Notes under the pieces: generated by a model
The model's database searches: none
Seen by the model: the letters and a program-made list of their open reading frames with translations, nothing else
Told to the model about the DNA's origin: nothing
Assembly: GCA_009103225.1 (NCBI GenBank)
Contig: RHPI01000772.1
Location: 623,312-687,311 of the forward strand
DNA length: 64,000 nt
Direction of reading: 5' to 3'
Origin: Chlorokybus atmophyticus
Lineage: Eukaryota > Plantae > Mesostigma and Chlorokybus algae
Made by a program: the position numbers and the translations under genes
In this document: positions 39,487 through 52,631 of the stretch, in pieces
How the letters are laid out: each line of letters opens with the position of its first letter
Position numbering within the stretch: position 1 is the stretch's first letter

Positions 39487-42400
39487 GTCAAGTGGTGCAA
39501 CGCTTGAATAATCAGAAAGGAAAACCCTGGAACCACCGTGTACTTGAGATATACTTGGGGTATGAAATTATAAATATATGCGCTTGTAAATAGCACAACA
39601 CTTCCATAAGCTGTATCATACTATCAACGCGCGCATCCGCAACTGACAACATTAAGTTGTGCGTGTTGGCCAACGTTTACCAACAATGACGACAACCACA
39701 TGTTTTACGTCAGCATTGTAACATGCAAATTACAAGCAACAAAGGCTTCGTGTTGGCAAACATTTGACAACATTGTAAATGCACCATCCGCGATGTAATG
39801 TGATGATCATGCCAATAACTTGGCGTAGTTGGCAAAGTGTTGACAACCGCTTGCCCCTCGAGATGGCAAACGTTTTTCAACAAGGTGGCAATTGTTGTCT
39901 GCAAACACAGAAATCAAACGCCTTCTGTAAACAACTGCTTCGTCCATGAGTTGTCCCCCCGGATCGTGCGACACGCCTCATGCTGGTAGCCGGGGTCGAT
40001 GTCTGGCTGTAGGCATGGCTGATCATGAGGGTTACTGATGCTCCTAGCACGTGAATGATGCATGGCTGTAGGCATTAACGAGGAAGTTGGCCCCTCCTGG
40101 ATCGCTGGCATGACACCACTGCCACTGTCACCGCCGCCCATGCCTGCAAGCAGCTGATGTGAGCACAGTGATCCCATTGTGACTGAATGCAAAGACTTGC
40201 TTGCACCGTGTTTATGTACTCACTGTGTGCTCACTGCCTGAGCGGCGGTGGTGGTGGGCAATGGATGAGGAGCAGCAGCTATGCGGATAAAGCTTGCACA
40301 CAGCTTGGGGTGGGACGGGTGAGCAGCAAAAGCGCTGTGGCTTTGCGCTTGACAATACACAGGTTAGACCGTATGTGACACAGGCGAGTAAGTATTGGAC
40401 ATGGACACCTAGCCACATCCCATATCATGGTTTACAAGCTTCCACTTTAGCATCTACTGCTACTATTGGACTACCCAAACCTTCCAACAATGTGTTTGTC
40501 GTTGAGTTGCTTGTGTAGACACCTTGCCAGTCTATTGTTGCCAAAAGCGCTACCACTATTATTGCTGCACACATGCTCTTACCCTGCATTCCGTGTACTA
40601 TACGCAACAGTTTCACATGATATGGCACAACATGGAGATGCTGTGTAAATATGCAGCGCGTACATCTCTCCCAACCAGATGATTATGAGAGATCACGCCC
40701 CGCACACTATGCACCTTGTCTCCATGTTGTGCCTTTGCGCTATGGTTGTGGTGAGTGTACTGTGCGGCATGCTGCTAGTCTTGTGTAGCTGGCATGCTAT
40801 GCCAGCTAAATTGCTGCTTATGCTGGGTGCATGGGTGTTGTTTAAGGTGCAATTGCGACAATTGTTCTGCTACATGACATGAACACGTCTGTGCATGCAG
40901 CACACGTTGATCCCCCCCTGCGCAAAACCTCAACACCTCTATATCTACACTTGGACTATTTACTCTATAATGTTTTGGCCAGATGTTGATGTCGAACTAC
41001 AGCGTTTGATGTGACGTTGTGTTCTTTGCTAGCTCAATTCTTAAGGCACGCAGTGGTTGCGCTGTGTGGTAAAGTGACTTTCTGCTTATAACCGCATTCG
41101 GTGTGATGCCAATGGGCCAGGCTGAGGATCTGCAACCCTCAAGCTCAAAGCGCATGATGTACAGAACTCAAAAAAAAGCACTATACTCTGGTAATGACCA
41201 CACGAAGGCCACATCCTCACTACGATCATGCTTGCCTTTGTGTGCATGAAGGGATCGTTATTTCCTTGCATCTGACAGTGCGCACCAAGTACACCGGCGT
41301 TTCTTAAGTCGCTTAGCGTAGCAACTTCCGTGCTTGCTCATGGCCTCATCAGTAAGACGGGAAGATTAATGTTTGTCACAACAATTTTGCTATGAGAACA
41401 TGGCAAAATGTTAATGGCAAAGCAGGTCAAGACAACAAGGCACCGTGTTTACAATGATACACTGCAGCTGCGTGGCGGAAAACCTCCAACGAGCCTGATT
41501 GGGAGGGCCACAGGTGAGGGTAGTACCACTCGCACAAATTGCAACACAACATGCGTTTGCGAGAGTGTCGCGAAGTTGTTGCGGACGACATTGCTATGTA
41601 CAGTACAGCAAGTGGAGGCTTGTTTTTGCAGTTGCATGGGTGTGCATATCTCGTACAAGTTTTACCTGGCTGTAGTACCTGCTAGTGTGCTGTGGACTTG
41701 ATATTAAGTTTTGGTGTATTTCAATATGCTTTCATAAATATGAATGTGCCCCTCGAGGGTTGCTGTTATATCTAGTGTATCCACAACACACAGAGTTGCA
41801 GCTTGTTGTTATTGTTGTTGTTGTTTGCAGCTGCTGCTTTTGACCTTGTTGCCTTGGAAGGACAGAGCCGGCGCGCAAGTATGCAGGAGTTTATGTTGAG
41901 TTCCCCGAAGCTGCCTGTGCTCGGGTTAGGTTTAAAGCCCAGGCACACTTATTGGAGCGTTTCGCCAATCAGGAGGCAGCCGACCATGTTTAGGATGGCG
42001 CGCGAAGCAAGTCTCAACTGCAAGTCCACCATACACCCAACCACATCACTCACGCAGCAGATTTTAGCGGCTACTTGGTTCAAGTCATTGAAGGTACATT
42101 GTTGTTGCACAGTTGCATCCATGTCGCTAGTCATGCAGTGGTACTGACAGTATTTGCAAGCAGCATTACTGGATGTTGATGTACAAGGAGACTTGGCAGG
42201 CAGGCAAAGAGAAAGGGAAACGTTAAGCCGCTTGGACCATTTCTTCAGATGGCAGCAAAAAGTACAATCGGTGAAAGTGTATGCGTTGAGGCGTCTCCCT
42301 TGCAGTATCGATACTCATGCCACAAAGCCATCATGAGTTTCAAAGCCGATAGAGTCTGATCACACACGCATGTCGACTTCACATCCACATACGTTGTCGA

Positions 42401-44917
42401 CACTTACAGCCCACCTGACGAGCTTCCCCCCCCGGTGCAGAACATTGAGGCTTACCGTGCAACAAGGTCAAACAGAGACCCAACAACACTGACATCATCA
42501 AGTGAGTACAACCCCTTAGCTGCCTAGCACATCACTTGCTTACAATCGCCAAAACTATTTTTCTAGGTACTCAATATTCAACAAGTATGAAACGGTACCT
42601 CGGGACTAACTGCAACCCGTTAGCGCCTTGGAAAGGAGTACAGATATTGCAGGCAGTGACTGCATCATCTGCTTTGTCAAGCTGTCATGCTGGCTTTCAT
42701 TTGTCAAAGTCATCGTTGTAAACGCAGTGACATGCATGATAGCACTGGTAAACATACATGCACACAAGAAGAGCGAAGGGGGGCACATTCACACACTGCA
42801 TGCCGTTGCTGCTGCTGCTGTTGTACAGCTTGTGACTATCATTGTTGACGCTACTCCCCGTGTGTTGTACAGGTAATGACTGATCCAGGCATGTCAGGCA
42901 TGTTCAACGGGTGATGGTGTTGATAGCAGTAGTGATGTAGAGTAGAACATGGTAACATGTTGATGGTGAGTTTAAGTCGCTAATTGTATGCTAGTCACAC
43001 TCTTTGCATTTTGCATGCATGAGCATACGCACGCCACATTGTATGTACAGCATATTGCATGCCCAAGCGGGCATCCAATGAAGTTGTAACATGTATGTCT
43101 ATGCGTGCGGTATCGAGATGCGCTCAGTGGTGTAATACCTTTCGCATCAAGGTAAATATTTGTGTGCCTGAGTGGGTTGCATGCAGCTGTACTCATGGTG
43201 TGCCTGTTCTTGTGCATTGTGTGACACACTCATAGCTTTTTAAAACTCTCCCATCCGTAGCCACATCATGTTGTGTCTTCACCAATTGTGTGCTTTTGTG
43301 CGTGGTACACTGTTGCTGCAGGAGCCACTCCACAGTTGCCGCAGCTGTCCATGTGTTGCGAGTGCCGTCTCCATGCAAGTGCAACCGTTTGTGCATGTAC
43401 ATTTTGGTCAGGTGTTGCAAACATGGTGCTTCTATGGACACTGAAGGGGAAGAGCGGTGGGTGTTGACATTCAATATTGCTATCCCTCTAAGTGTTGAAG
43501 ATGAAAACTGGGAAGTACTAATGTGCTTGCAAGTTACATTTGTGTCGCATGCTCTGTGATTGACAGTCATTAGAGGGAAACCACCTCACAACCCACCCCA
43601 CAACACGAAACGAATACTATCAACAATATACAAGCGTTCGATGTTAAAGATACTCTAGCATCCCTACCTTTCACGCCACCAATGCTTTTGCGTGACCTTA
43701 ACTACCTTATCATGTGCCATTATCATTATACTATTATAATCGATGATATTTATACAGGGTCGCAACATCATCGGTTACAAATGTGAAGCATCTTCCATTG
43801 CAATTAGCACATGATCACAAACATCAATGAGACAAGTTTAACACATTATTTTAAATATTGTGCTAGTATTAGTATATTTGTATATCATAATGTATGTATA
43901 TCAGATGTAAAGCATTTTACTTACGGTTCTTACAAATTCCAACCCAAGTCATATCCAACAAACTTGTTGATCTTGTTGATCGTATTGAAGGCGAGCAGGC
44001 GCCCTGAACTTTTGACATTGTTGACATTGAGGGTTTCCACTGGAACTTCCCAAGGCGCATCAGGGCCCTAATGAAGGGGCCCTGATTAAGGGGCAGATAC
44101 TTACCTGTTATGATCGGAGGTCACATGATGAGGCAATCAATTTGAGGCCCCAAGAGTTCCGTGCCGTGCCGTACCGCGCACGGAGCCCCGTGCAACGGCT
44201 GAGGACTGTGCAAGTGTGGAATATATTATCGCAGACGTCCAGAATACGGGTGGTTCGCAGGCCAAGGAGGCCGCGTGACTGTGTCCGCCCGCATCGTACA
44301 TTGAACTCAATCCTACATCCTGAACTTCGGGATTCCGCCCGGCTCCCCGAGCTAATTCCGCACCCGAAGGGTTGCATTCTATTGCGCAGTTGACGTCATG
44401 AGACACGGTGCTTCCGCCTGGAGGGTCGTGTAGGTCGACGACCAATCACTCAGACCGAGACAATCCATGAATCGCCCTTCCTCTGAGAGGCAAGTGTGCA
44501 ACACTTTTCCCTAATCATTTCCCTAACAGATGGAAATCCGGTATTCAATGCCATGATACAGGCTGTTCATTGCAAAAGACCGTCATACGGTATTGCGTGA
44601 GGGCCTAGCCACCTGGTCGGCCGCCACTCATGAGCTCAGTCAGGACCTTTAAAGGCCGGACAAATGATGCCGTCCTGCTGTCTTGCTCCTTCCCGGCAAA
44701 AGCATCGGCCCGCGCAAACCGACACGCCCTTGCGTGCGCGAAAGAAGCTAAAGAAGGGGGCAAGAAAAACCTCCCCCGGTAAGCTGTCAGTTCGGGGCCT
44801 TTGACGCGCAGCGTAGCGCGATTGGATTTTGCAGCAAGTCGCTAGAAAGTCAGCACCTACGCGCGCCGATAAGCGGATAGTCGCTCATCAGTGCGGTTGG
44901 GCGAGAGCCTCTCGCCG

Positions 44918-44923
44918 CACGTG
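44918..44923. promoter_or_regulatory. G-box (CACGTG) in the GC-rich region upstream of the CCA1/LHY-like gene; TGACGTCA also at 44391-44398
   Basis: The motif is seen directly. Function is inferred from known G-box control of land-plant CCA1/LHY, and hexamers also occur by chance. Confidence 0.3.
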
Positions 44924-45719
44924 TTGGGGCTCAACCCCAAAAAATCCCCCATGCCCGTCGCTCGTGCAGCGGGGTGGAAAGAGGAGCTGGTCCGCTGCCT
45001 CATCATTTTCAGGATTTATTAATTTATTAGCGCGTCAGACTCCCCATGTCACCCTCCGCCGGCAGTAACCAGCCGTAACCGCCCTTTTCTGCGCCAAGTT
45101 TTGCGGCTGCGGGGGCTTCGCCGCGCAGGCGGTTGCAGCGCATGGTCGCTTTTTCGGCCCGCGGGGGAGGCCTACCCGGCTTTATGGGTTATTGCTCCGG
45201 CCGAGAAGCGCTGCGAGCCACCCGATGGGCTCAGGAGACGAGCAGCGGGAGGGAAAAAAACCGACTTGATTGCTGCCCTGCGCGCTTGATTAGAAGGGAA
45301 GCTTTGGGGTTGCCTTCTCTGTTCTGCTCGCCTGCCGCCTGCCATAGCCAACTTGCGGTCGAAGCTTCGCCTCCGCCCTTTTGGGCCGCTCACTTTGCGG
45401 CCAGCAGCAGCTTTTGGGGTTTGTGAGGGTTTTAGTTGCCTGCTCAGCGTGCGTGTGGTGGGCGGCGACAGCGTGGAGGTGGTGCTGGACGTGGGTGTTG
45501 GGGTGGACGACGCTGTTGTAGGGGTGGGCAGCGTCGGTAACCGTGTTGTGTTGGGCTAAACGGCCGGGGCTTGTGACGAGAGGGGAGGCGACGTTGACTG
45601 AGGGGGGCTTTGGCCTGCTTGTCCTGCTTCTCCTTCAGCTGTGGGGCTGAGGACAGGGGGGAGCTTCCTGCGGGAGGTAGATCTGGCGAGGTGAGGTCCC
45701 TGGTATATGGCGGGGCAGC

Positions 45720-48700
45720 ATGCGTGCTACAGAGGGGCGACTCTTGCCGCCGCCCGCGGGCACGGCTCATCAGGTGAGGCTCTCTGAGCTGCTGTGGTTC
45801 TGTGCTTCGCAAAGTTAGGCTTAGCGTCAGCTGACAGCAGACCAGTGTCAGGCTTTGCCGGTATGGTTTTTTTCGCTGCTCATCCTCTCGCCCCTCATCT
45901 AACTTTCTTGGGCTCTGGGGCTTGTCCTGCACCCTGTCCCCTGGCCTAGTCTGGTTACGCTGAGGTGTCCCCGTTGTGCGGATGGGCGCCCGTTGTAGAT
46001 GCAAGCTAGCTAGTTTTTGCATTTAGCCGAGAGCGCTTTGCTTGCTGGTCGTTTAGTTGGCAGTTGTTAAGCCGCAAGCCAACCTGATGTTGCAACAGTG
46101 GTAGATGAACTTAAGGAGCTGGTGGTGTGGTGGTCAAGTCATTGCGTCGGCCGCTTGTAATGCTGATGCTTTGTGCTGAACGCCTGTTTGTGTGCAGCAT
46201 TTACCACCTACTCCTCCTGCTGAACAAGTCAGCACGGCAAGCGCTCCAGCACCCGAAGGCAGTCATGCCGGCGCATCCGCGCTAGTCTCCGCGCCTTCTC
46301 ACTGCGCACCCGGGGCCCTTCAACCAAAGGTTAGCAGCAGTTGCATCGTGTTGACTGATGGTTGCTGCCTGGTCGGGCAGCTTTTCGAGAGCCATGGCAC
46401 TCTCTATTCGCTGTAACTGACGGCAATGGGTTTGGGTGATGTGTTCTTTGGGACACCAGTTGTGCGAGGGTTTCCATTGGAGTGGATGATGTTTTGGAGC
46501 ACCGGATTGCCAGAGTTGTATGCATCAATCAGGCTCTCAAGAGCTACGCTGCATAACTCTTCGGGGGTGGTGATAGGTTCGCAAGCCCTACACCATCACC
46601 AAGCAACGGGAACGGTGGACTGACAAGGAGCACCACAAGTTTCTGGAAGCTTTGAAACTCTATGGACGCGCCTGGAGGCGCATTGAAGGTGAGGAGCTTA
46701 TTGAGGGTTTGTGTTTGTTAGCTGTTGTTATCCATAAACTGTCCACCAGAGCCTCCGGGCTGACAGTGAACACCTTCGCAGAGCACATTGGCACCAAGAC
46801 AGCGATTCAAATCCGAAGTCATGCCCAAAAGTTTTTTACCAAGGTACACAGCAGTCCACGTGAGGCCTTTGTTGGTCTGTGACCCCCCAGCAATCTAACA
46901 CGCTGCCATTGGCTGTGCGCAACAGCTCGAGCGCGAGGGTTCCTTGGATGGATCTGTATATAGTGAAGAGTTTAATATCCCCCCTCCGCGCCTCAAACGC
47001 AAGCCAGCACACCCGTACCCGCGCAAGGCTGTGGTGGATCCTACACAGAGCTCCATCTCTACGGCTGCGAACACCAGTGGGTCGGATGCTGTCTCTGACA
47101 TCCAGCAGAACGAGCCTGGCCAGCAGGCCAGACCAGTCGTAGCCAATGGCCTTGAGCACCCAGGCATCAATATATCCAGCACCCTTGTAAGTGGCAACAC
47201 CTTTGTGGTGCCAAAGGTTGCACTCCTACTTGTTTCGAACCCTTGTGCTTACCGGCCTTCTATGTGCAGGCTTCAACAAAGAATGCATCTGCAAGCAGCT
47301 GTCCTTTGCCTCCTTCGCCTACACTGGAAGACGACAAGAGAACGTTGCGCTTGTTTGGGAAGATTGTCAATCAAGCGCTCAACAAGCAGATGATTGAGCA
47401 AATCAAAGACTCCATAGGAGCTCACAAACCCGCGCTGTTAAAGGCATCAGCAGGGTTGGTTGGTCAGCTTGTCAGCACAGAGTTGACCCTTGCAGAGCAG
47501 CCTTCAGCGTGCAAGTCTTCATCTGCTGTGCAAGCGGCCGCCAGTGTTGGCGACTCTGCGCAGGACGTGGCTGAAGCCAGCCATCGCGCTTGGCAAGAGA
47601 GCGAGAAGTGGGTTGCGCGTGCAGCAGAGTTGCAGCATGCCGCCCACGTCATGGCCCACATGCCCACAGCAGCGAGTCACATGAGCACAACTCACGTCAG
47701 GCCTGTCATCACTGATGAGCTGCCTGCATCCAAGCGGGCAGCTGTGGCTGCTCCACGCTCAGCTGTGCCTACCCCGCCTCCCCTGCAATACCCTTATCTG
47801 CCGGCACTGCCGCGGGATGTTCCTCTCAACATGCCTTTGCCGCCCAACACGTCTTTGCCCGCTTACGCTCAGTTCAGCACCTTTGACTACTACGCCTCTC
47901 GCAGCGCGCACCACTGCCATCAGGGCTGCACACACCCGGCGCACTTGCTCCCGCCCAACACGTTCGGCCCGTGGGGTTACCCGCCATCCGTGCCGGCCTT
48001 GTGGCCTCCCCAACATCAGTCCGACGCCACGGCAGCCGCAGCCGCAGGTGTCGCCGCCACCTCCGCTTGGTACGCTATGCACGGTGGGAACCTCCCTCCC
48101 AGCTACTCGTACCCGCCTGCAAGTCCTCCCATGCCACATTACGACCCACACTTGAGAGTGCCGGAGACCACCCTGAGGGCTCCCTCGCCAGCGCCCATTG
48201 CGCCTCTGGCAACAACAGCAGCCACCACCACAGTCACCACCTCGGCTGCGCCAGGTCCCGCACACGGCCCCGGCTTGACCCTGTCCTTGCCCAGCTCGCC
48301 TCCGCCTCCGAGTGCCGTCTTGCGCGCCGAGCGCGCAAGCAAGCTGCGTGAGCTCAAAGCACGCAGAAGCAGTGGAGGTCTCAGCACTACGGGTGAGGTG
48401 GCCGATGACGCTCAGGGACGCAATGTGGTTACTGCTGCTGCTCTTCCACTTGCCACAGCGCGCGAGCACGGCACCCCCTCAGTCTTCGTGCCCACAAATC
48501 TGAAGCTGGTGCGGGACACGACAGATGCAGCGGGTCCAGCCCTTGCGCGAGCGCATGGCATTGCTGCGGTCGTGCCATCTCCTGAGGGCAACACTGCTGC
48601 CGATCAGAAAGGCATGAATAACAGTAACAGCAACAGGTCGTCAACACCATCATCGGCGGTCATCAACGGTGGCTCAGACAACCAGCTTGGATCCGATGGT

Positions 48701-49977
48701 AGCGGCAGCGGCTCTGATGAAGCCAACCACAATAACAACGTCAAGTCCCTCTCGTCGCGGTCCTCTGCAGCCAATGTGTCGCTGGATAACTCTGGTCAGG
48801 GCTGGACTTCCTCCTCTGATGAAGATGATGCACGAGAACCCAACCGCTCCGGCTCCGGGTCAGATAGCAAAGAGCTGGAACAGAGTTCAAAGATTCAGCG
48901 CGACGGATCAGATGAATCGCTGCTCTCCAAGCAAGATGCATCCTCGCCCCAAGCCGCGCACCCATCCCTCATACGGCAACGCAGCTTTCATGACCTTCAT
49001 GAAGCAGAGCAGCAGCGAAGCAAAGTGGCTCGCACGGAGCTGACTTTGCTGCCTGGTCCTGGCGTGCCTTCAGCAGAGGTGAGCCCACTCACCATGTACA
49101 ATCTATCTCACTATGCACTGGTTCGATGCAATTGACTGTTGCCCTCTTCCTAGGGCCGCATGGCATTCAACATGCTCTTTCAACAAAGTCCGCTTCCTCA
49201 ATCATTTTCGACTCGGGAGCACATGTCACCTCCCTTCACGATGCCTATCAACCACGCCACCACTGCCGTGCGCAACCTGCCCTTCGCTGCTGGATACGGC
49301 AATGGCACACACTTGCAGCTGGCGAGCCCCACCACAGGCTACGCGTTGTCTGTGCAGAGGCCCGTTCCGGAAGTGCCTCACCTAACGCTCGCACAAGACC
49401 AGCATAACAGGTTGACAGTCGATCCCAACGCAGGCCCATCCACTGTGAGTGTTATGTTGTTGGGTTAGTTTCACAGTGTCACAATTCTATGGAGAAACTG
49501 GTGGCGAGTAGTTGACTATAGCATTTATTCAGTGTTGTTGTGCTGGTGCAGGCCCTTATAGCTGAGCCCATGCAGCTCTCGCCTTCAAATCGGCCGCGCA
49601 CGCAAGGGGCGTTGGATTTGATGCTGCAGCAGCCAGCCAGCGCTGCATCGGTGGCAGCCCAGCAGCGATTAACTGCGTTGTGCCGCTCAAGCTCGGAGGG
49701 CAACATTCTGTCATTGAATTCGCTGTCTGGAGGCGTGTTTCCTGCGAGCGGCTTCATCCCGTACAGGAACAACTACTCTGCTTATGCCGGCAACGTTTCT
49801 ATCGTACACAATAGCGGTGGCTTTGGTGCCGGCGTAAGCTCGCCATTGGCACCAATGTTGGCCCTGCGGAGACCGTCTGCATGCGGGTGCGACAACCTCA
49901 GAACCTGCAACGAGTGCCTGTCGCCTACAAAGCAGCTGGAGTGCGAGTACCATGTGGTGACAGCTGCGGAAGGCTGA
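45720..49977 (+). CDS. LHY: CCA1/LHY-like single-MYB (SHAQKYF-class) circadian clock transcription factor; start codon tentative
   Basis: PK|[37 protein letters not shown]|[21 protein letters not shown]|LE...[17 protein letters not shown], plus [25 protein letters not shown] (CCA1/LHY AATVAAASAWW-type box) and a C-terminal GFIPYR. The MYB exon starts at 46577. ATG 45720 is proposed via a CAG|GTGAGG donor spliced to the acceptor at ~46198. Confidence 0.9.
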
Positions 49978-51646
49978 GAAACGAGGCCTCTCTGTCGTTC
50001 AATTTTGGTTGTTTTCACTTTATACAAAGTTAATGAACTCTGCCCCGTGCCCCTCCCCGTCATCGTGTATATGATGCGCGTACAGTGCGCCCCTTATTGT
50101 GGGCAGCTGGCTGTCTCGCCCCCTTTGCAGAAGGATTTCTCCAGATTCCAATAGTTTCCTACATTGCACTCGTGCGCACATGTAATGCGCGCGAGTTTAG
50201 CTTAGCATATACACACAAGCAGCAGGTTAGACCGAGCCTTGCTCTAGCGTTGGAACGCTCCATTGATTGGTGTATAGGTTGTGTAACAGTTCGGCCTCTC
50301 CTGTTTGAGGCGCTTTGTCCAAGAGGTGCAAAGACGCTGGCTATTGTGAGCAGTTTAATGTACTATTGCTGTTGAGGCATAGCCTTGTTGTGATGGCATG
50401 GTATGAGGTTGTGTATGGCACATGCAGTGGTGGTGGGCTGTCTTCCGGTAGTCATTGTCATGTGCAAATTTGGCCATGCTATACTTCGTGGGTCATTGCT
50501 TTAGAGATGCGCACAGAGTCGTAGCTTAGGTTGTGTATGTAGCAATGAAGCGTGTGACGTGGTGTGTTGCATGCATGGTGTAATCTGAGTGGGCAGTTCC
50601 TCAATTCTGTACACTATCATATGCAATACTGAAATGCGTCCCCTAGTTAATTGTTGAACGAAAGCTAATCTAGGGCAGTAAGTGCATGGACCGGTGGATA
50701 AGGATACAAGCTATGACGGTGGGCAATTCAATGCCAAGGCCATTTGGGTTGGTCGTCAACAAGGTTGCCGTCATCGTCGTGCATGCTGCTTCTTAGCCAC
50801 CGCTCGGTCTTACCTCTGCTTCTACCTTCTCCTTGCGCTGTGCTGGTTGTTGAGTCTTGCCATGCCGCTCTGCCTACTCCCACGTCCTGCTTGAGGGGTA
50901 TACATAGTGTCTAAGTGGCTTAGGCGGTCTTGGTTGTCTACTTGTAAAGCTAGCTTTACAAGCTTTATTTTTACCGCCGCCTAAACTATCATTTACCTTG
51001 CTTGCTACTTGTGTGTTTACACATCTAGCCCTTCGAGGTTGAGCTAATTATTAAGCAACTCTTATGCGAGTTATGATGCTACACTTGTGCACATCATTGC
51101 GGCGATTTCCCATATATTAAAGTGCTTATCACCCAACAATATCTTGGTGTTCGAAGAAAAGTTTGAACGTGTTATTGCCACAATGCCTGACCCATAATTC
51201 AACCGGATGTGGTCATGTGCGATACAATGGAAGCAGAGTCAACTATTAGTAGCAGAATATACATGCACACACCGATACATGAACCCATTGTGCAAGTTTA
51301 GGATGACCAATCTACCAGAGCTCAATTCACCTATGCACAATGTTGTGCCTTAAGCAGAATTAGCGAGGTGTTGGGTTGTTTCGGTTGATGAATAGCTACA
51401 TCACCCCTAATGACTGCATTCATACCTGAGGCGTTTTTCATTGACGAATATGAGGGCGGAGTGTAACACTGCGGGGGAGTGGAGGGATTGCAATGATTAT
51501 GTAGTCAGCATGGTGTTAAAAAACAAAGCGCTTTCGGCACATGCAATTGATGCGTCACACACGTTCCGCATGCTCAACAAGCAGTAGCGCTACTTAAAGG
51601 AGCGAGTACTACCATAGCATAGCCGTCACTGGGTACAATTATCTAC

Positions 51647-52631
51647 TGTAACAATACCACTCACTTACTTGCTGGACGGCTTGGCAAACTTATGCACAAG
51701 CACAAGGACTGACTTCTGGAAGCTCGACCAGCAACACACGGTGCAGTACCTTGAAGGGGAAGTCACAGCACCGCACCAAGGAAGGAGAGGATGCTAACCT
51801 CCCTACTCAGCTCCCACACTCATGCACACTCAAGCACACCCCACACACATGTGCAGAGCTGCCACAAGCATCACACCCCACATGGGATGAGAGGGAGAGC
51901 CCCTTGAACAACTAAACTAGGCACCCCACACACAAGAGTCCAGTATGCACATGCTGAGCTCCTTCAACACTTGTTGAGGTCGTTCATATACCCCCTCTTT
52001 GCTGCTCTCCGACCTAGAATATCCAAGTCCAAGGCTACTTGCCTTGTCATGGCTGCGTTTACCACAACTCATGTCTAGGGCTGCCACATCAGCCCTTGGA
52101 CCTCTTGTTCAATGTCCAAGACTGATCACACATCAGCCTCGGACATTGTGAACGTCCTTGGCTGGTCACATGAGCCTTGGACAATGTGAACGTCCTTGGC
52201 TGGTCATATCAGCCTAGGACATGACACACATGCATACATATGCATCTCTATGCATATGTATGCATATGCACATATGCCCGCATATGCACACATATGCGCA
52301 TGCATGCATACACATGCATACATCTAGTACGTACCTCATATCCTCACATATGCACTCATATGCGGACATATGCACATGCAAACATATGCACACACATGCG
52401 GACACATGGCTCACATGGCCATGTCTCAATCGTACTAGCTCTATGCTTGCTGATGTGCAATACCTTGTGTAGTTTGTCTCACTCAAGGCCTTATAGGCTC
52501 AAGAGCAGACCACGTGAGAGCCACCCCACAAGCACTACACATGCTTATGACATGGAAAATGCACCCGGTCTCATCTTAGTTACATAAGTAAGGAACAAAG
52601 AATGACTTTAGCCAGCCTTATAGGCGTAACA
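51647..52631. mobile_element. Solo LTR, copy B (985 bp), with 5-bp TSD TCTAC
   Basis: Starts TGTAA and ends TAACA. TCTAC lies at 51642-51646 and 52632-52636. Same family as 30032-31010. Confidence 0.92.

Noticed and set aside
41930-42070. Gag zinc-knuckle-like relic (AVETCFARHPKHGRLPPDW, minus strand)
   Set aside because: The CX2CX4HX4C pattern cannot be rebuilt without several frameshifts, and no neighbouring pol motifs were seen.
44059-44086. ATCAGGGCCC/GGGCCCTGAT hairpin as a Helitron 3' end
   Set aside because: No CTRR terminus at the expected distance on either strand.
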